From: Spirochaetia bacterium
GTDB taxonomy: Bacteria > Spirochaetota > Spirochaetia > SZUA-6 > Bin103
DNA: 64,000 nucleotides
Direction of reading: 5' to 3'
Assembly (NCBI GenBank): GCA_965203515.1
Contig: OZ241907.1
Location: 1,920,001-1,984,000, forward strand
Both the position numbers and the translations under genes were made by a program. The notes beneath the pieces were generated by a model, which saw only the letters and a list, made by a program, of their open reading frames with translations, was not told the origin of the DNA and searched no databases. Below, piece by piece: positions 29,706-38,649 of this stretch (the first letter of the stretch is position 1; every line of letters begins with the position of its first letter).

Positions 29706-29740
29706 CTTGAAAATCGATAGGTCAACTACCGATTTTCAAG
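29706..29740. terminator. AT-rich inverted repeat between convergent genes (terminator or protein-binding site)
   Basis: CTTGAAAATCG-N13-CGATTTTCAAG, perfect 11-bp arms. Confidence 0.55.
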
Positions 29741-29756
29741 AATGTCGGTACGAGCC

Positions 29757-30668
29757 CTATGCTGCCGGACGGTAGCGGCGGATGCCGCGCACCATCAAGC
29801 CCCAGTCGTCCTCGGTCTTTTCGGTGATCGGCGTCCGTTCGGCGCGTTGCCGGTCGGCGACGTTGGCCACGTCGATCACGCAGAAGTCGTCCGCGCGGCG
29901 ATAGCGCTGGATGAACACCGGCCGCGGCCGGTCCGAGCGGTTGTCCGGCGAGCCGTGGATCGTGCAGGTGTGGAAGATCACCGCATCTCCGGCCCGGCCC
30001 TCCACCGGCACGGCCCGTTCCCACCAGACCGGATCGCTGAGCGCGAAGCCGGCCCAGCGGTCGTCCTCGTGCCGGATCAGTCCCAGCTCATGCGATCCCG
30101 GTACCACGAACAGCGGCGCGTTGCCCATGTCCACGTCGACCGCGTAGCTGAGCACCGCGGTCGGGCTCTGCAGGCGGTGCTCGAAGTAGTACCCGTCCTG
30201 ATGCAGCGACTTGGGCACTCCGGTCCGGGGCTGCTTGTAGACGCACTGGCCCCACTTCCACAGCTCGATGTCCGGGCCGATCAGGGCGGCCAGCAGCTCC
30301 AACAGCTCCGGGTTGGCCAGCGAGCGCAGGAAGGCGCCGGAGATCATCGCGTTGAGCCGTAGCGTATTGACGACCATGCGTCCGGGATCGCCGGGGTCGG
30401 GATTGAACAGCGTTCCGTCCGGCGTCATCACCGCATTGGCGTGATGCGTCGCGACGACCGCCTCCGGCAGGAGCGCCTGACTCTGGTGCAGGATCGCCTC
30501 CATGTCCTGCAGCAGGGCCGGCACGTACGCGCCCGACAACCCGCGGATCACCACGGCGCCGTGCCGTCGATACGCCGCCGTCATGGCGGCCACGTCCACG
30601 CGCCCGGCCGTGAAGTCGAAGTCGTCGACGGACGTGGTTGAAGGCGCGAACGAGGCCGGCATCATCAT
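29757..30668 (-). CDS. Phytanoyl-CoA dioxygenase (PhyH) family Fe/2OG enzyme
   Basis: LHQDGYY (HxD), VVPGSH, GDAVIFH…HGS..N.SDRPR. Confidence 0.9.
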   Translation of the reverse strand: MMMPASFAPSTTSVDDFDFTAGRVDVAAMTAAYRRHGAVVIRGLSGAYVPALLQDMEAILHQSQALLPEAVVATHHANAVMTPDGTLFNPDPGDPGRMVVNTLRLNAMISGAFLRSLANPELLELLAALIGPDIELWKWGQCVYKQPRTGVPKSLHQDGYYFEHRLQSPTAVLSYAVDVDMGNAPLFVVPGSHELGLIRHEDDRWAGFALSDPVWWERAVPVEGRAGDAVIFHTCTIHGSPDNRSDRPRPVFIQRYRRADDFCVIDVANVADRQRAERTPITEKTEDDWGLMVRGIRRYRPAA

Positions 30669-30720
30669 GGGCCATTCTACCTTGCTGCGTCGTGCGTTGC
30701 ACGACAAGCCGTCAATCGCG

Positions 30721-33264
30721 TCACTCCCGCACCCGGTAGGCGGCGTTCACGTTCGCCAGCGCCTGGGTGAATTCGGCCTCGTCGAAGATCAGCCGGAAGG
30801 TGCCCTTCGCGGGGCCGTCGCGGACCTGCATGCGGCCCACGTTGAACGCCTGCTCAAGGGTCGCCAGCACCTTGCGCTTGTATTCGGTGTCCGGGTTGCC
30901 GCGCAGGTGCTTGCCCTTGGTCTCGAACACCAGCAGGTGCGGCTGGCCGGCGCTCTCACCCGCCATGGCGATGAAGTCGGGGTAGATGCGCTCCTGCCGC
31001 CAGCCGCGCAGGTGGTACTCGCCCGGCTGGCGCACCGCCACCCGATGCCACCAGCGCAGCGCCTTCTGTTCGTCCAGGTAGTACGCGAAGCGCCGCTCCA
31101 GCTCGCTGTCGAGCTGGCGCTCGAACACCGGCTCGAACAGATTGAGCTGCACCGGTTGGCCGAGCCGCTGCAAGGTGCGGTCGGACTCCAAGACCGGTAT
31201 CTCGTAGCGCTCGCGCATCCGGTAGCGAGGTACGCCGGCGTCCAGATCGAAGCGGATCTCCGCTTGCATCAGTTTGTCGCGGAACACCCGTTCCGCCATC
31301 CGTTCCACGCCGTCGATGACCGCTTCCCGCAGCGCGTAGGCGAGCGGGGCGCGGCGGTCGAAGATGCTTTCTTCCGTCGCGCCCGTCTCCCGCAGTCGTT
31401 CCAGTTCCAGCAGGCGGCCGGCGATGCCGGCGGCGTGCCAGGGGTTGGGCACCACGTCCGCCAGCCGGCGCACGAAGTAGGAGAGCCGCACCCTCTTGTC
31501 GACCCGGAGGTCCTGGGACGCCCCCGGCGAGGCGACCGCGGCGCCGGCGCCCAGGTCCACGCTCGCCGTCTCCCGCCGGGCCGCGGCCGGCAGGGAGGCG
31601 GCCGGGTCCGGCGGTTCGATCCGCTCCCAGGCGATGGCCGGCAGGATGTCCCGGTGATAGTCGAGGTTGCGCCAGCCGTCACCGTCCCGGTGCAGCACCT
31701 TGGGCAGGAAGATGTCGGCGCCGCGGAACGGCTCCCGCCGCCGCGCTTCCACGAGCTGCAGCTCGCCGCCGCTCCCCGTCACCTCGTCGCCGAGGCCGGT
31801 CAGCCCCTCCTGTTCCAGCCCCTGCTTGATCTGCTGCACGGCGTCGGCCACGGCCATGTTCAGGCAATAGACCGCGCACCGGTCCAGCCGCTCCCGGCCG
31901 GTGCGGCGGGCGTGCGGTTGGCGCATCACCCGCCCCACCAACTGGGTCAACGCGCGCTGCGCGCGGGTCGTGTCCAGCATCACCAGCAGGTAGGCGAAGG
32001 AGCAGTCCCAGCCCTCCATCAGCGCCGCGCGGGTGATGATCCAGCGCACCGGCGAGTACTCGGAGAGCAGGTCCTCCTTTCCCAGCTCGTCGTTCTCGGC
32101 CGACTTCACCCGCACCGCTTCGGCGGGAACGCCGAGGTTGCGGGTCAGGTACTCGCGCACGTCCTCGGCGTGAATCCGTTCGCCGTCGCGCTGCGCCTTG
32201 CCGGTGCGCTCCACCCGTACCACGGCGATGGGCCGCAGGTAGCGGCCTTCGCTCTGCTGCAGCGACGCCGCTTCGGCATGCAGCCGGTCCAGCTCCTCGG
32301 CCGCCTCGCCGAGCACGTGCTGCCATTCGGCGTTGGTGAACGACTCCACCCGCACCGGCAGCTTGATCATCTCCTCCTGCTTCAGATCGACGCCGGAGAT
32401 GTCGACCAGCAGGTTGCTGATGCTGCGGTTGGGCGTGGCCGACAACTCGATCACCAGGCTGGGGTCCAGGCGGTTGATCGAGCGCACGAACTCCTGCGCC
32501 GCGGCGGCCTTGCCGTACGCCTTGTGGGCTTCGTCCAGCACCACCACCGGGCGCAGCATCTTGAACACGTTGAACAGGCTGTGCTTGACCGGCCCGCCGT
32601 CCGAGGTGCATTCCAGGTCCGGGTAGTCGAGCAGCAGGCGGCCGTCGCCGAGCAGGTCGTCGCTGTCGGGAAACAGCGTCGGGTAGCGCCCCGAGTCGCG
32701 GAACATGCGCAGGAACTCCCTGCCCCGCTGGCGGTTGGCGGCCGGCAGCATGAGCAGCATCACGCACAGGTAGTGGGCGACGTCCAGGGCCGTGAACGGA
32801 TCGTCTTTCTCCAGCATCTTGACGCGCCCGCCGCTGGCCCGCTCCAGCATCTGGCGGTAGGGGTGCTCGCGGTTCCAGAGCGCGGTCCTGGTCTGCTGGT
32901 AGATGGCGCGTGTGGGGGTGATCCACAGGGTGAGCCCGGCGGGCCGGTTCATCCGCTCCAGCGCCGCCGCGGCGAGCAGCGTCTTGCCGCCGCCGGTCGG
33001 CACCTTGAAGCAGGCATGCGGGATGGGATACCCGGCGTCCGCGGTGCGGTCGGCGTGCCGCTCGCTGCCGGCGGCGACCCCGCCGGCCTGCGCCAGCTTC
33101 CGCCACGCCGCCTTGGGGTAGTTGTCCAGGTCTGCGGGAACGTCCACCCTGGCTTTCCGCAACGCTTCGACCGCGATGGCGGACTCCCGCCGCGCCTCGT
33201 CCAGCGCGGTCAGCCAGCGGTCGAACGCCTCCAGCGCGCGCGTCTGATATTCCTTCAGTTCCAT
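30721..33264 (-). CDS. res: Type III restriction enzyme Res subunit (SF2 helicase + nuclease)
   Basis: MELKEYQ, KVPTGGGKT, LDEAH, LSATP, EGWDC, QLVGRVMRQP, C-terminal YPDF…ETKG. Confidence 0.9.
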   Translation of the reverse strand: MELKEYQTRALEAFDRWLTALDEARRESAIAVEALRKARVDVPADLDNYPKAAWRKLAQAGGVAAGSERHADRTADAGYPIPHACFKVPTGGGKTLLAAAALERMNRPAGLTLWITPTRAIYQQTRTALWNREHPYRQMLERASGGRVKMLEKDDPFTALDVAHYLCVMLLMLPAANRQRGREFLRMFRDSGRYPTLFPDSDDLLGDGRLLLDYPDLECTSDGGPVKHSLFNVFKMLRPVVVLDEAHKAYGKAAAAQEFVRSINRLDPSLVIELSATPNRSISNLLVDISGVDLKQEEMIKLPVRVESFTNAEWQHVLGEAAEELDRLHAEAASLQQSEGRYLRPIAVVRVERTGKAQRDGERIHAEDVREYLTRNLGVPAEAVRVKSAENDELGKEDLLSEYSPVRWIITRAALMEGWDCSFAYLLVMLDTTRAQRALTQLVGRVMRQPHARRTGRERLDRCAVYCLNMAVADAVQQIKQGLEQEGLTGLGDEVTGSGGELQLVEARRREPFRGADIFLPKVLHRDGDGWRNLDYHRDILPAIAWERIEPPDPAASLPAAARRETASVDLGAGAAVASPGASQDLRVDKRVRLSYFVRRLADVVPNPWHAAGIAGRLLELERLRETGATEESIFDRRAPLAYALREAVIDGVERMAERVFRDKLMQAEIRFDLDAGVPRYRMRERYEIPVLESDRTLQRLGQPVQLNLFEPVFERQLDSELERRFAYYLDEQKALRWWHRVAVRQPGEYHLRGWRQERIYPDFIAMAGESAGQPHLLVFETKGKHLRGNPDTEYKRKVLATLEQAFNVGRMQVRDGPAKGTFRLIFDEAEFTQALANVNAAYRVRE

Positions 33265-33298
33265 CGCTTCGCGCCGCGTCTCCCGGTCATTCCTCCGT

Positions 33299-33718
33299 CT
33301 ATTCTTTCGGGGACTTGCCGCCAATGATGATAAGGAAAGCGCTATCTTCTTTGGCTTCAACGGTGTGCAGGACATCGGCAGTGAAGACAACCGCCTCGCC
33401 TTGTCCAAGTCTGACGTTCTCATTGCTTGACGAAAACACGATGCTTCCGTTCAGGGTAACGACAGTCGCCGAACTCGGCGCCCGATGCTCGTGAAGGACG
33501 GTGCCGGCCGTCATTGCAGTAAGAACGACAGTCAAGTCATCGCCGTGCGCAAGCGTGAGGGAAGCGCGTCCCGTCGATGCCGCAGTGGCCTCTTCCATGA
33601 GCTGTTCCGCCATCGAATTAAGGGGAAATCCCTTCGTTATCGGTGCGTCCAGATGTACAGGTCTGTAGGGATGTTCATATACCCGCATGGTCTCGTCAGG
33701 ATACCGCAGAACCACCAA
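33299..33718 (-). CDS. Cupin domain protein (lower GC), between mod and res; start uncertain
   Basis: AGTVLHEHRAP…G.I.F…GEAVVF.ADVLHTVEA. Confidence 0.75.
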   Translation of the reverse strand: MVVLRYPDETMRVYEHPYRPVHLDAPITKGFPLNSMAEQLMEEATAASTGRASLTLAHGDDLTVVLTAMTAGTVLHEHRAPSSATVVTLNGSIVFSSSNENVRLGQGEAVVFTADVLHTVEAKEDSAFLIIIGGKSPKE

Positions 33719-33813
33719 CGGCTCAAGCCGCCACGACCGTTCGCCCCGTCCGCCGCGCTGCCCCTCTCACGTCCCGCAGGCGTAGAATCGGCACCGGTCT
33801 CCGGGCTGTTGGT

Positions 33814-35203
33814 TCATTCCACCCGGCTGGACAGCTCGTAGGGGAGCTGGCAGAAGGTGATGCCCCAGGCCGACAGTTCGCGCTGGCCGATGTACTTGGC
33901 GGCGGCGAACACCACCGCCTTGCGGTTCCGGGGGCGGGCCGCGGCGCTGATCCGCTTGGCGCGTTCCTCGTTCAGGATGGCGTCGTTGCTGCGCAGGAAC
34001 GCCAGGTCGGGTTGGTAGAGCAGGTGGTAGTTGAGCTTGTCGGAGGAGTGAAACAGCCCGTCGCCGTCCTGCGGCGCGAGGTCGCCGGCACCGGCGGAGA
34101 CGCCGGACGCGGTATGGAGCAGGTACGCGGCCAGGGCTGGATATGGCGGCAGGGTCTCGCCGGAGAGCATGCCATCCAGCTCGATCGGGTCGCCAAGCCC
34201 GCTTCAGCAGTCGAGTCGGCTTTGGATTGTCGAACGCGGCCCGGCCGAGAATCTCTTCGAGCTCCTTGCTGCCTTCATCGGTGGTACCCGTATCTCCATG
34301 TTTCCACAAGTCCACGGGCACCAACCCAACGGACACTTCGGACAGAAATTTCTTCAATCTCGGGTAGTTCAGTCCGCCATCCTTACCCCACCAGAGTCGC
34401 TTCTCGGCTACGTGTCTTTTGTGTTCCTCAAATTCGTACTTCCACGCGTTCGTCGCGTGAGAGACCGTCCTTCCCGTGACCGGGTTCGTAATGTCGTAGA
34501 CCAGATTCGGTCGCTGGGAGCGCGTCGCCGGATTCACGTAGGAGACGCTTGTCCACGGTCCGCGCTGATCACCATCCGGATTGTCGTATATTGCATCGCT
34601 CTTTTCATTTCTCGGTTCCCGGAGAAAAACCAGTTCGTCGCTCCTACGATAGGCAAGTATCTTGTCTACAACCGACGTGAACATCTTTGCGTTATTGCTG
34701 CGGGTATACCGCTTCTCCCACGAGACGCACGACAGAAAGTTTTCTTCGCCGAATACCTCGTCCATGAGCATCCGCAGATGGTGCTGCTCATGGTCGTCGA
34801 TGGATACGAAGATCACGCCGTCCTCCGCCAACAGCTCCCGCAGCAGGTGGAGGCGCGGCCACATCATGCAGAGCCACTTGTCGTGCCGCTCCAGGTCCTC
34901 GTTGTCCACCGGACCGTGCGCCCGCAGCCACTCCTTCAGCAGCGGACTGTTCACGTTGTCGTTGTAGACCCACCCCTCGTTGCCGGTGTTGTAGGGCGGG
35001 TCGATGTAGATGCACTTGACGCGCCCGGCGTAGCGCGGCAGCAGCGCCTTCAGGGCGTGCAGGTTGTCGCCGTGGATGATCAGGTTGTCGTTGGCGCCTG
35101 CCGGACGGCAGGAGCGCGCCGGATCGGACAGCAGCGGGCGGTACGGCACCGTGAGATGATGCGCGTAGATATGCTGCTTCCCCTTGAACTCAAGCACCGG
35201 CAT
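33814..35203 (-). pseudogene. mod: Type III DNA methyltransferase Mod with frameshifting internal deletion near 34198
   Basis: IHGDNLHAL, DPPYN, FVSIDD, NPKPTRLLKR then out-of-frame LGDPIELD… C-terminus; no FxGxG motif I. Confidence 0.85.
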
Positions 35204-35215
35204 CGTCTCCGCCCG

Positions 35216-35704
35216 CTACGCGGCTCCCTCCCTGGTGGTTTTCGGCGGCAGGTTACGGGCGCTCCAGAACATCCCTTCGATCACCCCTTCGACCTTCGAC
35301 AGCCGGTCTCCGACGTTGGTCAGCCGATCGGCAATCACTTCGAAGCCGGCCTTCATCTCGTCTTTGATCTGGCCGTCGCCGTCCCTCATTTCGCTCCGGA
35401 GCCGGCCTTCGCTCTCCCTGATTTCACTACGGAGCCCAACGATCATGGTTTCGAGCCGGCCGTCGTTCTCCCGGAGTCGGCCATCGAGCTTGCCCATCTC
35501 GCCGCTGAGTCGGCCATCGAGCTTGCCCATCTCGCCGCTGAGCCGGCCTTCGAGCTTGCGCATCTCGCCATTGAGCCGGCCTTCGAGCTTGCTCATCTCC
35601 ATGCGGACCTTCTCCACGTCCTTGTGGATCCAGCGTGTGGAGCCGAACATGCCGATGCCCAGGGCGACCGCGGCCCCGATGGTCGCTATCATATCCCCGC
35701 TCAC
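35216..35704 (-). CDS. Membrane-anchored coiled-coil protein (DUF1640/CCDC90-like) with 11-aa repeats
   Basis: N-terminal TM, EMGKLDGRLSG repeats, RLSKVEG end; RBS GAGGAGG. Confidence 0.7.
   Translation of the reverse strand: MSGDMIATIGAAVALGIGMFGSTRWIHKDVEKVRMEMSKLEGRLNGEMRKLEGRLSGEMGKLDGRLSGEMGKLDGRLRENDGRLETMIVGLRSEIRESEGRLRSEMRDGDGQIKDEMKAGFEVIADRLTNVGDRLSKVEGVIEGMFWSARNLPPKTTREGAA
35474..35599 (-). repeat. 33-bp tandem repeat, ~3.8 copies, in frame
   Basis: GAG(T/C)CGGCC(A/T)TCGAGCTTGC(C/G)CATCTCGCC units at 35474, 35507, 35540, 35573. Confidence 0.85.
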
Positions 35705-35969
35705 CTGCGCACCTCCTCAGAGCGCCATCCGTTCCCGCCCGATCATAGACGATCGACCGTCCGGTCGTCATCACGCGCGAGCCGTTCGACGCCCGCGCAC
35801 GTCGGTTCGGGCCGCGTCCTCGTGGGATGGACGCCGTCACCACCAGAAACGCGCCGAGTCGCGCTGCCGCTTCAAAATGCGCGCGCAGATCGAACCGGGA
35901 CCGCGCAGGCATGCGGCACCCGACGCCCGGCGCGTCGATCATGGTAGGATGCCCGCGAAGGGAGGACGC

Positions 35970-37235
35970 ATGATCAGACCGTTCGGCGACGGACGCGACC
36001 GCTACTTCACGGAACGATTGGGGCTCTTCGTCCACTGGGGGCTGTACGCGATCCCCGCGTGGCACGAGCAGATCCTGTGGCGGTCGGACATGCGGCGGCG
36101 CGACTACGAGCAACTCATCCATCGTTTCAACCCGCAGCGGTTCGATCCGGACGAGTGGCTGGCCGCGGCGGAGAGCGCCGGCATGAGCTTCGTCCTGATC
36201 ACCACCAAGCATCACGACGGGTTCTGCCTGTGGGACACCCGGCTGACCGACTATTCGGTGATGCGCACCCCATACGGCCGGGACATCCTGGCCGAGCTGG
36301 CCGCCGCGTGCGAGCGTCGCGGCATCGCCCTCGGCTTCTACTACTCATGCCCCGACTGGCACCACCCGCAGTATCCCAACCTGGGGCGCCATCACGAGAT
36401 GTTCGGGCCGCGGCGCGGCGACCGGCCCGACCTGGCCGCGTATTGGGAGTTCGTCCGCGGCCAGGTGCGGGAATTGTGCACCAACTACGGGCCGCTGCGC
36501 GATTTCTTCTGGGACGTGAACGTGGCCGAGCATCACGACCCGAGCCTGAACGACATGGTGCGCGAGCTGCAGCCCGGCATCCTGATCAACGACCGCGGTC
36601 CCGGGCCCGGAGACTATGGCACCCCGGAGCGCCACGTGCCGGACGCGCGCGAGTTCGACGCGCCGACGCAGGCGGTGCAGGCGCTCGGCCGCGAGAGCTG
36701 GGGCTATCGAGCGGACGAGGACTACTACAGCGACCGCTACGTCATCGAGAGCATCGACCGCGTGCTGGCGATGGGCGGCGACTACATCCTCAACGTCGGC
36801 CCGAAGGCGGACGGCAGCCTGCCGGAAGAGAACGTGCGCACGCTCGCCCGGGTCGGCGACTGGTACCGCCGCGTCCGGGAGGCGTTCGACGGCACGGCGC
36901 CGGCCTCGACCGTGATCGACGACGACGCGATCGGCATGGACGACGTTCCGCGCGTGCACCGCGACAGCATGCTGGTCACGCGCACCGGCAACACGCTGTA
37001 CGTCCACCTGCCGACGGCGCCGCAGAGCACCGGTCTGATCCTCAAGCCGTTGCGGGTCGCACCCGAACGGGCGACGCTGCTCAACGACGGCAGCGAGCTG
37101 CGCGCCGCGGTGGAAACGACGCCGTGGCACTGGCAGGAGCCGCCCTGTCTGCGCCTGAGCGGCCTGCCGGTCAACCGCATGACCGACACCGTGATGGTCA
37201 TCCGCCTCGATTTCGCCGACGACGTGGCCGACTAG
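35970..37235 (+). CDS. Alpha-L-fucosidase (GH29)
   Basis: GLFVHWGLYA, FDPDEW, TTKHHDGFCLW, YYSCPDWHH, FWD, INDR, LNVGP; RBS GGAGGA. Confidence 0.92.
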   Translation: MIRPFGDGRDRYFTERLGLFVHWGLYAIPAWHEQILWRSDMRRRDYEQLIHRFNPQRFDPDEWLAAAESAGMSFVLITTKHHDGFCLWDTRLTDYSVMRTPYGRDILAELAAACERRGIALGFYYSCPDWHHPQYPNLGRHHEMFGPRRGDRPDLAAYWEFVRGQVRELCTNYGPLRDFFWDVNVAEHHDPSLNDMVRELQPGILINDRGPGPGDYGTPERHVPDAREFDAPTQAVQALGRESWGYRADEDYYSDRYVIESIDRVLAMGGDYILNVGPKADGSLPEENVRTLARVGDWYRRVREAFDGTAPASTVIDDDAIGMDDVPRVHRDSMLVTRTGNTLYVHLPTAPQSTGLILKPLRVAPERATLLNDGSELRAAVETTPWHWQEPPCLRLSGLPVNRMTDTVMVIRLDFADDVAD

Positions 37236-37257
37236 CGCCGGCCTCTCCCCCGGCATC

Positions 37258-37520
37258 TTGCTCGACAGCGGCCGTATCCGCCGACTAACGTCGGTCGGCG
37301 GTGGACCAGGAACGCATGCGCTTCCTGCGCGGGTCGACCTGATCGATCTGCCGAACGCCGGTCCGGTCATAGCCCGCGCCATCGAGCAACACGGCAGGAT
37401 CATCTATGAACGAGAGAACGCGCGTCGCAACGTTGATCGCGGAACTGAACGGTGACGTCGAGAGCCTCGGCGAGCTTGCCGAGACCAACCGGAAAGCCGA
37501 CGGCCGCATCCGGCACGCGA
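37258..37520 (+). pseudogene. Possible MNT-HEPN toxin-antitoxin remnant
   Basis: RVDLIDL…IEQHGRIIYE resembles an MNT C-terminus and overlaps ATG 37406 of MNERTRVATLIAEL…, resembling a HepT N-terminus; both incomplete. Confidence 0.45.
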
Positions 37521-37521
37521 T

Positions 37522-38424
37522 CTATTCGAGCCGCTTCACCTCGAGCGCGCACGGGCCGCGGTCGTTCCTGCCGAGCACGAACTCGACCATCTCTCCCATC
37601 TCCAGATCGTTGAAGTCGCCCCCATCCATCGACGTCCAATGGAAGAAGAGGTTGTCACCCCCGGAATCGGGAGTGATGAAGCCGTAGCCGTCCTTGACGG
37701 CCTGTATCGCGCCCTTCTGCCGCTCTTCCGACACGATCGTAGACCGTGACGGGCGGGCGACGGCCGGTTGCGAAGGCGGCGCGACGAACAGGTTGTTCAC
37801 TATCGGGTCGTTGGCGCGCGATCGATCGTCGATGATGCTGTCCATCGGGGCGATGTACGTGACCTCGTTGATCAGGAACTGGGACGTTCTGGTCTCCCGC
37901 TCCTGACCGTTGATCGGGTCGCTGACCTTGAAGTCCCATGCGGTCACCATGGTCCGCGCGCCGAGCGTGTTCAACTTGCGGACCAACGGCACGTAGTCGC
38001 CGTCTCCGGCGACCAGCACGACGACGTTGAAGTGCTTGGAGATGGCGAGCTCGAACGCTTCCAGGGCCAGCCATACGTCGATCCCCTTCTCGCCCCGCGA
38101 CGAGGTCGGCAAGAAATGCGTCGTGACTCCCTCACGTATCAGAACGTCCTCGAAGACCCGTTCGCGGTACAGGGCGTCTCTCTCCTGCGCGTCGGCCGCC
38201 GAAGACCGGGCCCGGAAGTAGTGGGCATCCACGATCCGGCAGTAGCGGGCGTCGGCCTGCTCGTTCTTGGCGACTTCGTCGCGTATGAAGGAGTGCAGGC
38301 CGGAGATGTTGATGCGCGCCTTCCGGTGATGGTCGTAGCAGTAGTAGTTGCTCACGTGCGAAAAGAAACTTCCATCGTAGAATACTCCGATCCGCTTGAG
38401 CTTGCCGTCCGGTATATGCTGCAC
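37522..38424 (-). CDS. NYN (LabA/DUF88) ribonuclease domain + C-terminal cold-shock domain
   Basis: GVFYDG, EKGIDV.LA, GDGDYVPL; CSD KDGYGFI…LFFHW. Confidence 0.9.
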   Translation of the reverse strand: MQHIPDGKLKRIGVFYDGSFFSHVSNYYCYDHHRKARINISGLHSFIRDEVAKNEQADARYCRIVDAHYFRARSSAADAQERDALYRERVFEDVLIREGVTTHFLPTSSRGEKGIDVWLALEAFELAISKHFNVVVLVAGDGDYVPLVRKLNTLGARTMVTAWDFKVSDPINGQERETRTSQFLINEVTYIAPMDSIIDDRSRANDPIVNNLFVAPPSQPAVARPSRSTIVSEERQKGAIQAVKDGYGFITPDSGGDNLFFHWTSMDGGDFNDLEMGEMVEFVLGRNDRGPCALEVKRLE

Positions 38425-38441
38425 GTCATTTCCCCCTGGCT

Positions 38442-38460
38442 ATTCGTTCGATAAACGAAT
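38442..38460. promoter_or_regulatory. Palindrome just upstream of the NYN-CSD gene
   Basis: ATTCGTT-CGATA-AACGAAT in an AT-rich patch. Confidence 0.4.
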
Positions 38461-38649
38461 CATATGTTTACTTGCGGTAACCGCGTTGCGGCGCCGGCGC
38501 GCCGATTGGATGCCGGCGGCGACCCGCTTGCTGCGCTCCAATATGCCTTCCGGCCCGCCCGATCGTCAAGGGCGGCGGCCCGCGCCGCGAACCGTTCCGG
38601 TTGCCCGGACCGAAGAATCGCGCCGAGCGATCAGCATCGCGCCGAGCGG

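Noticed and set aside
33767..34198. ORF-track C-terminus of mod (AWRPDRAGW…) or a programmed frameshift
   Set aside because: Out-of-frame read-through after a deletion; no slippery or repeat tract, and motif I is absent in all frames I checked.
35474..35599. 33-bp repeats as CRISPR
   Set aside because: Head-to-tail with no spacers; encode coiled-coil repeats.
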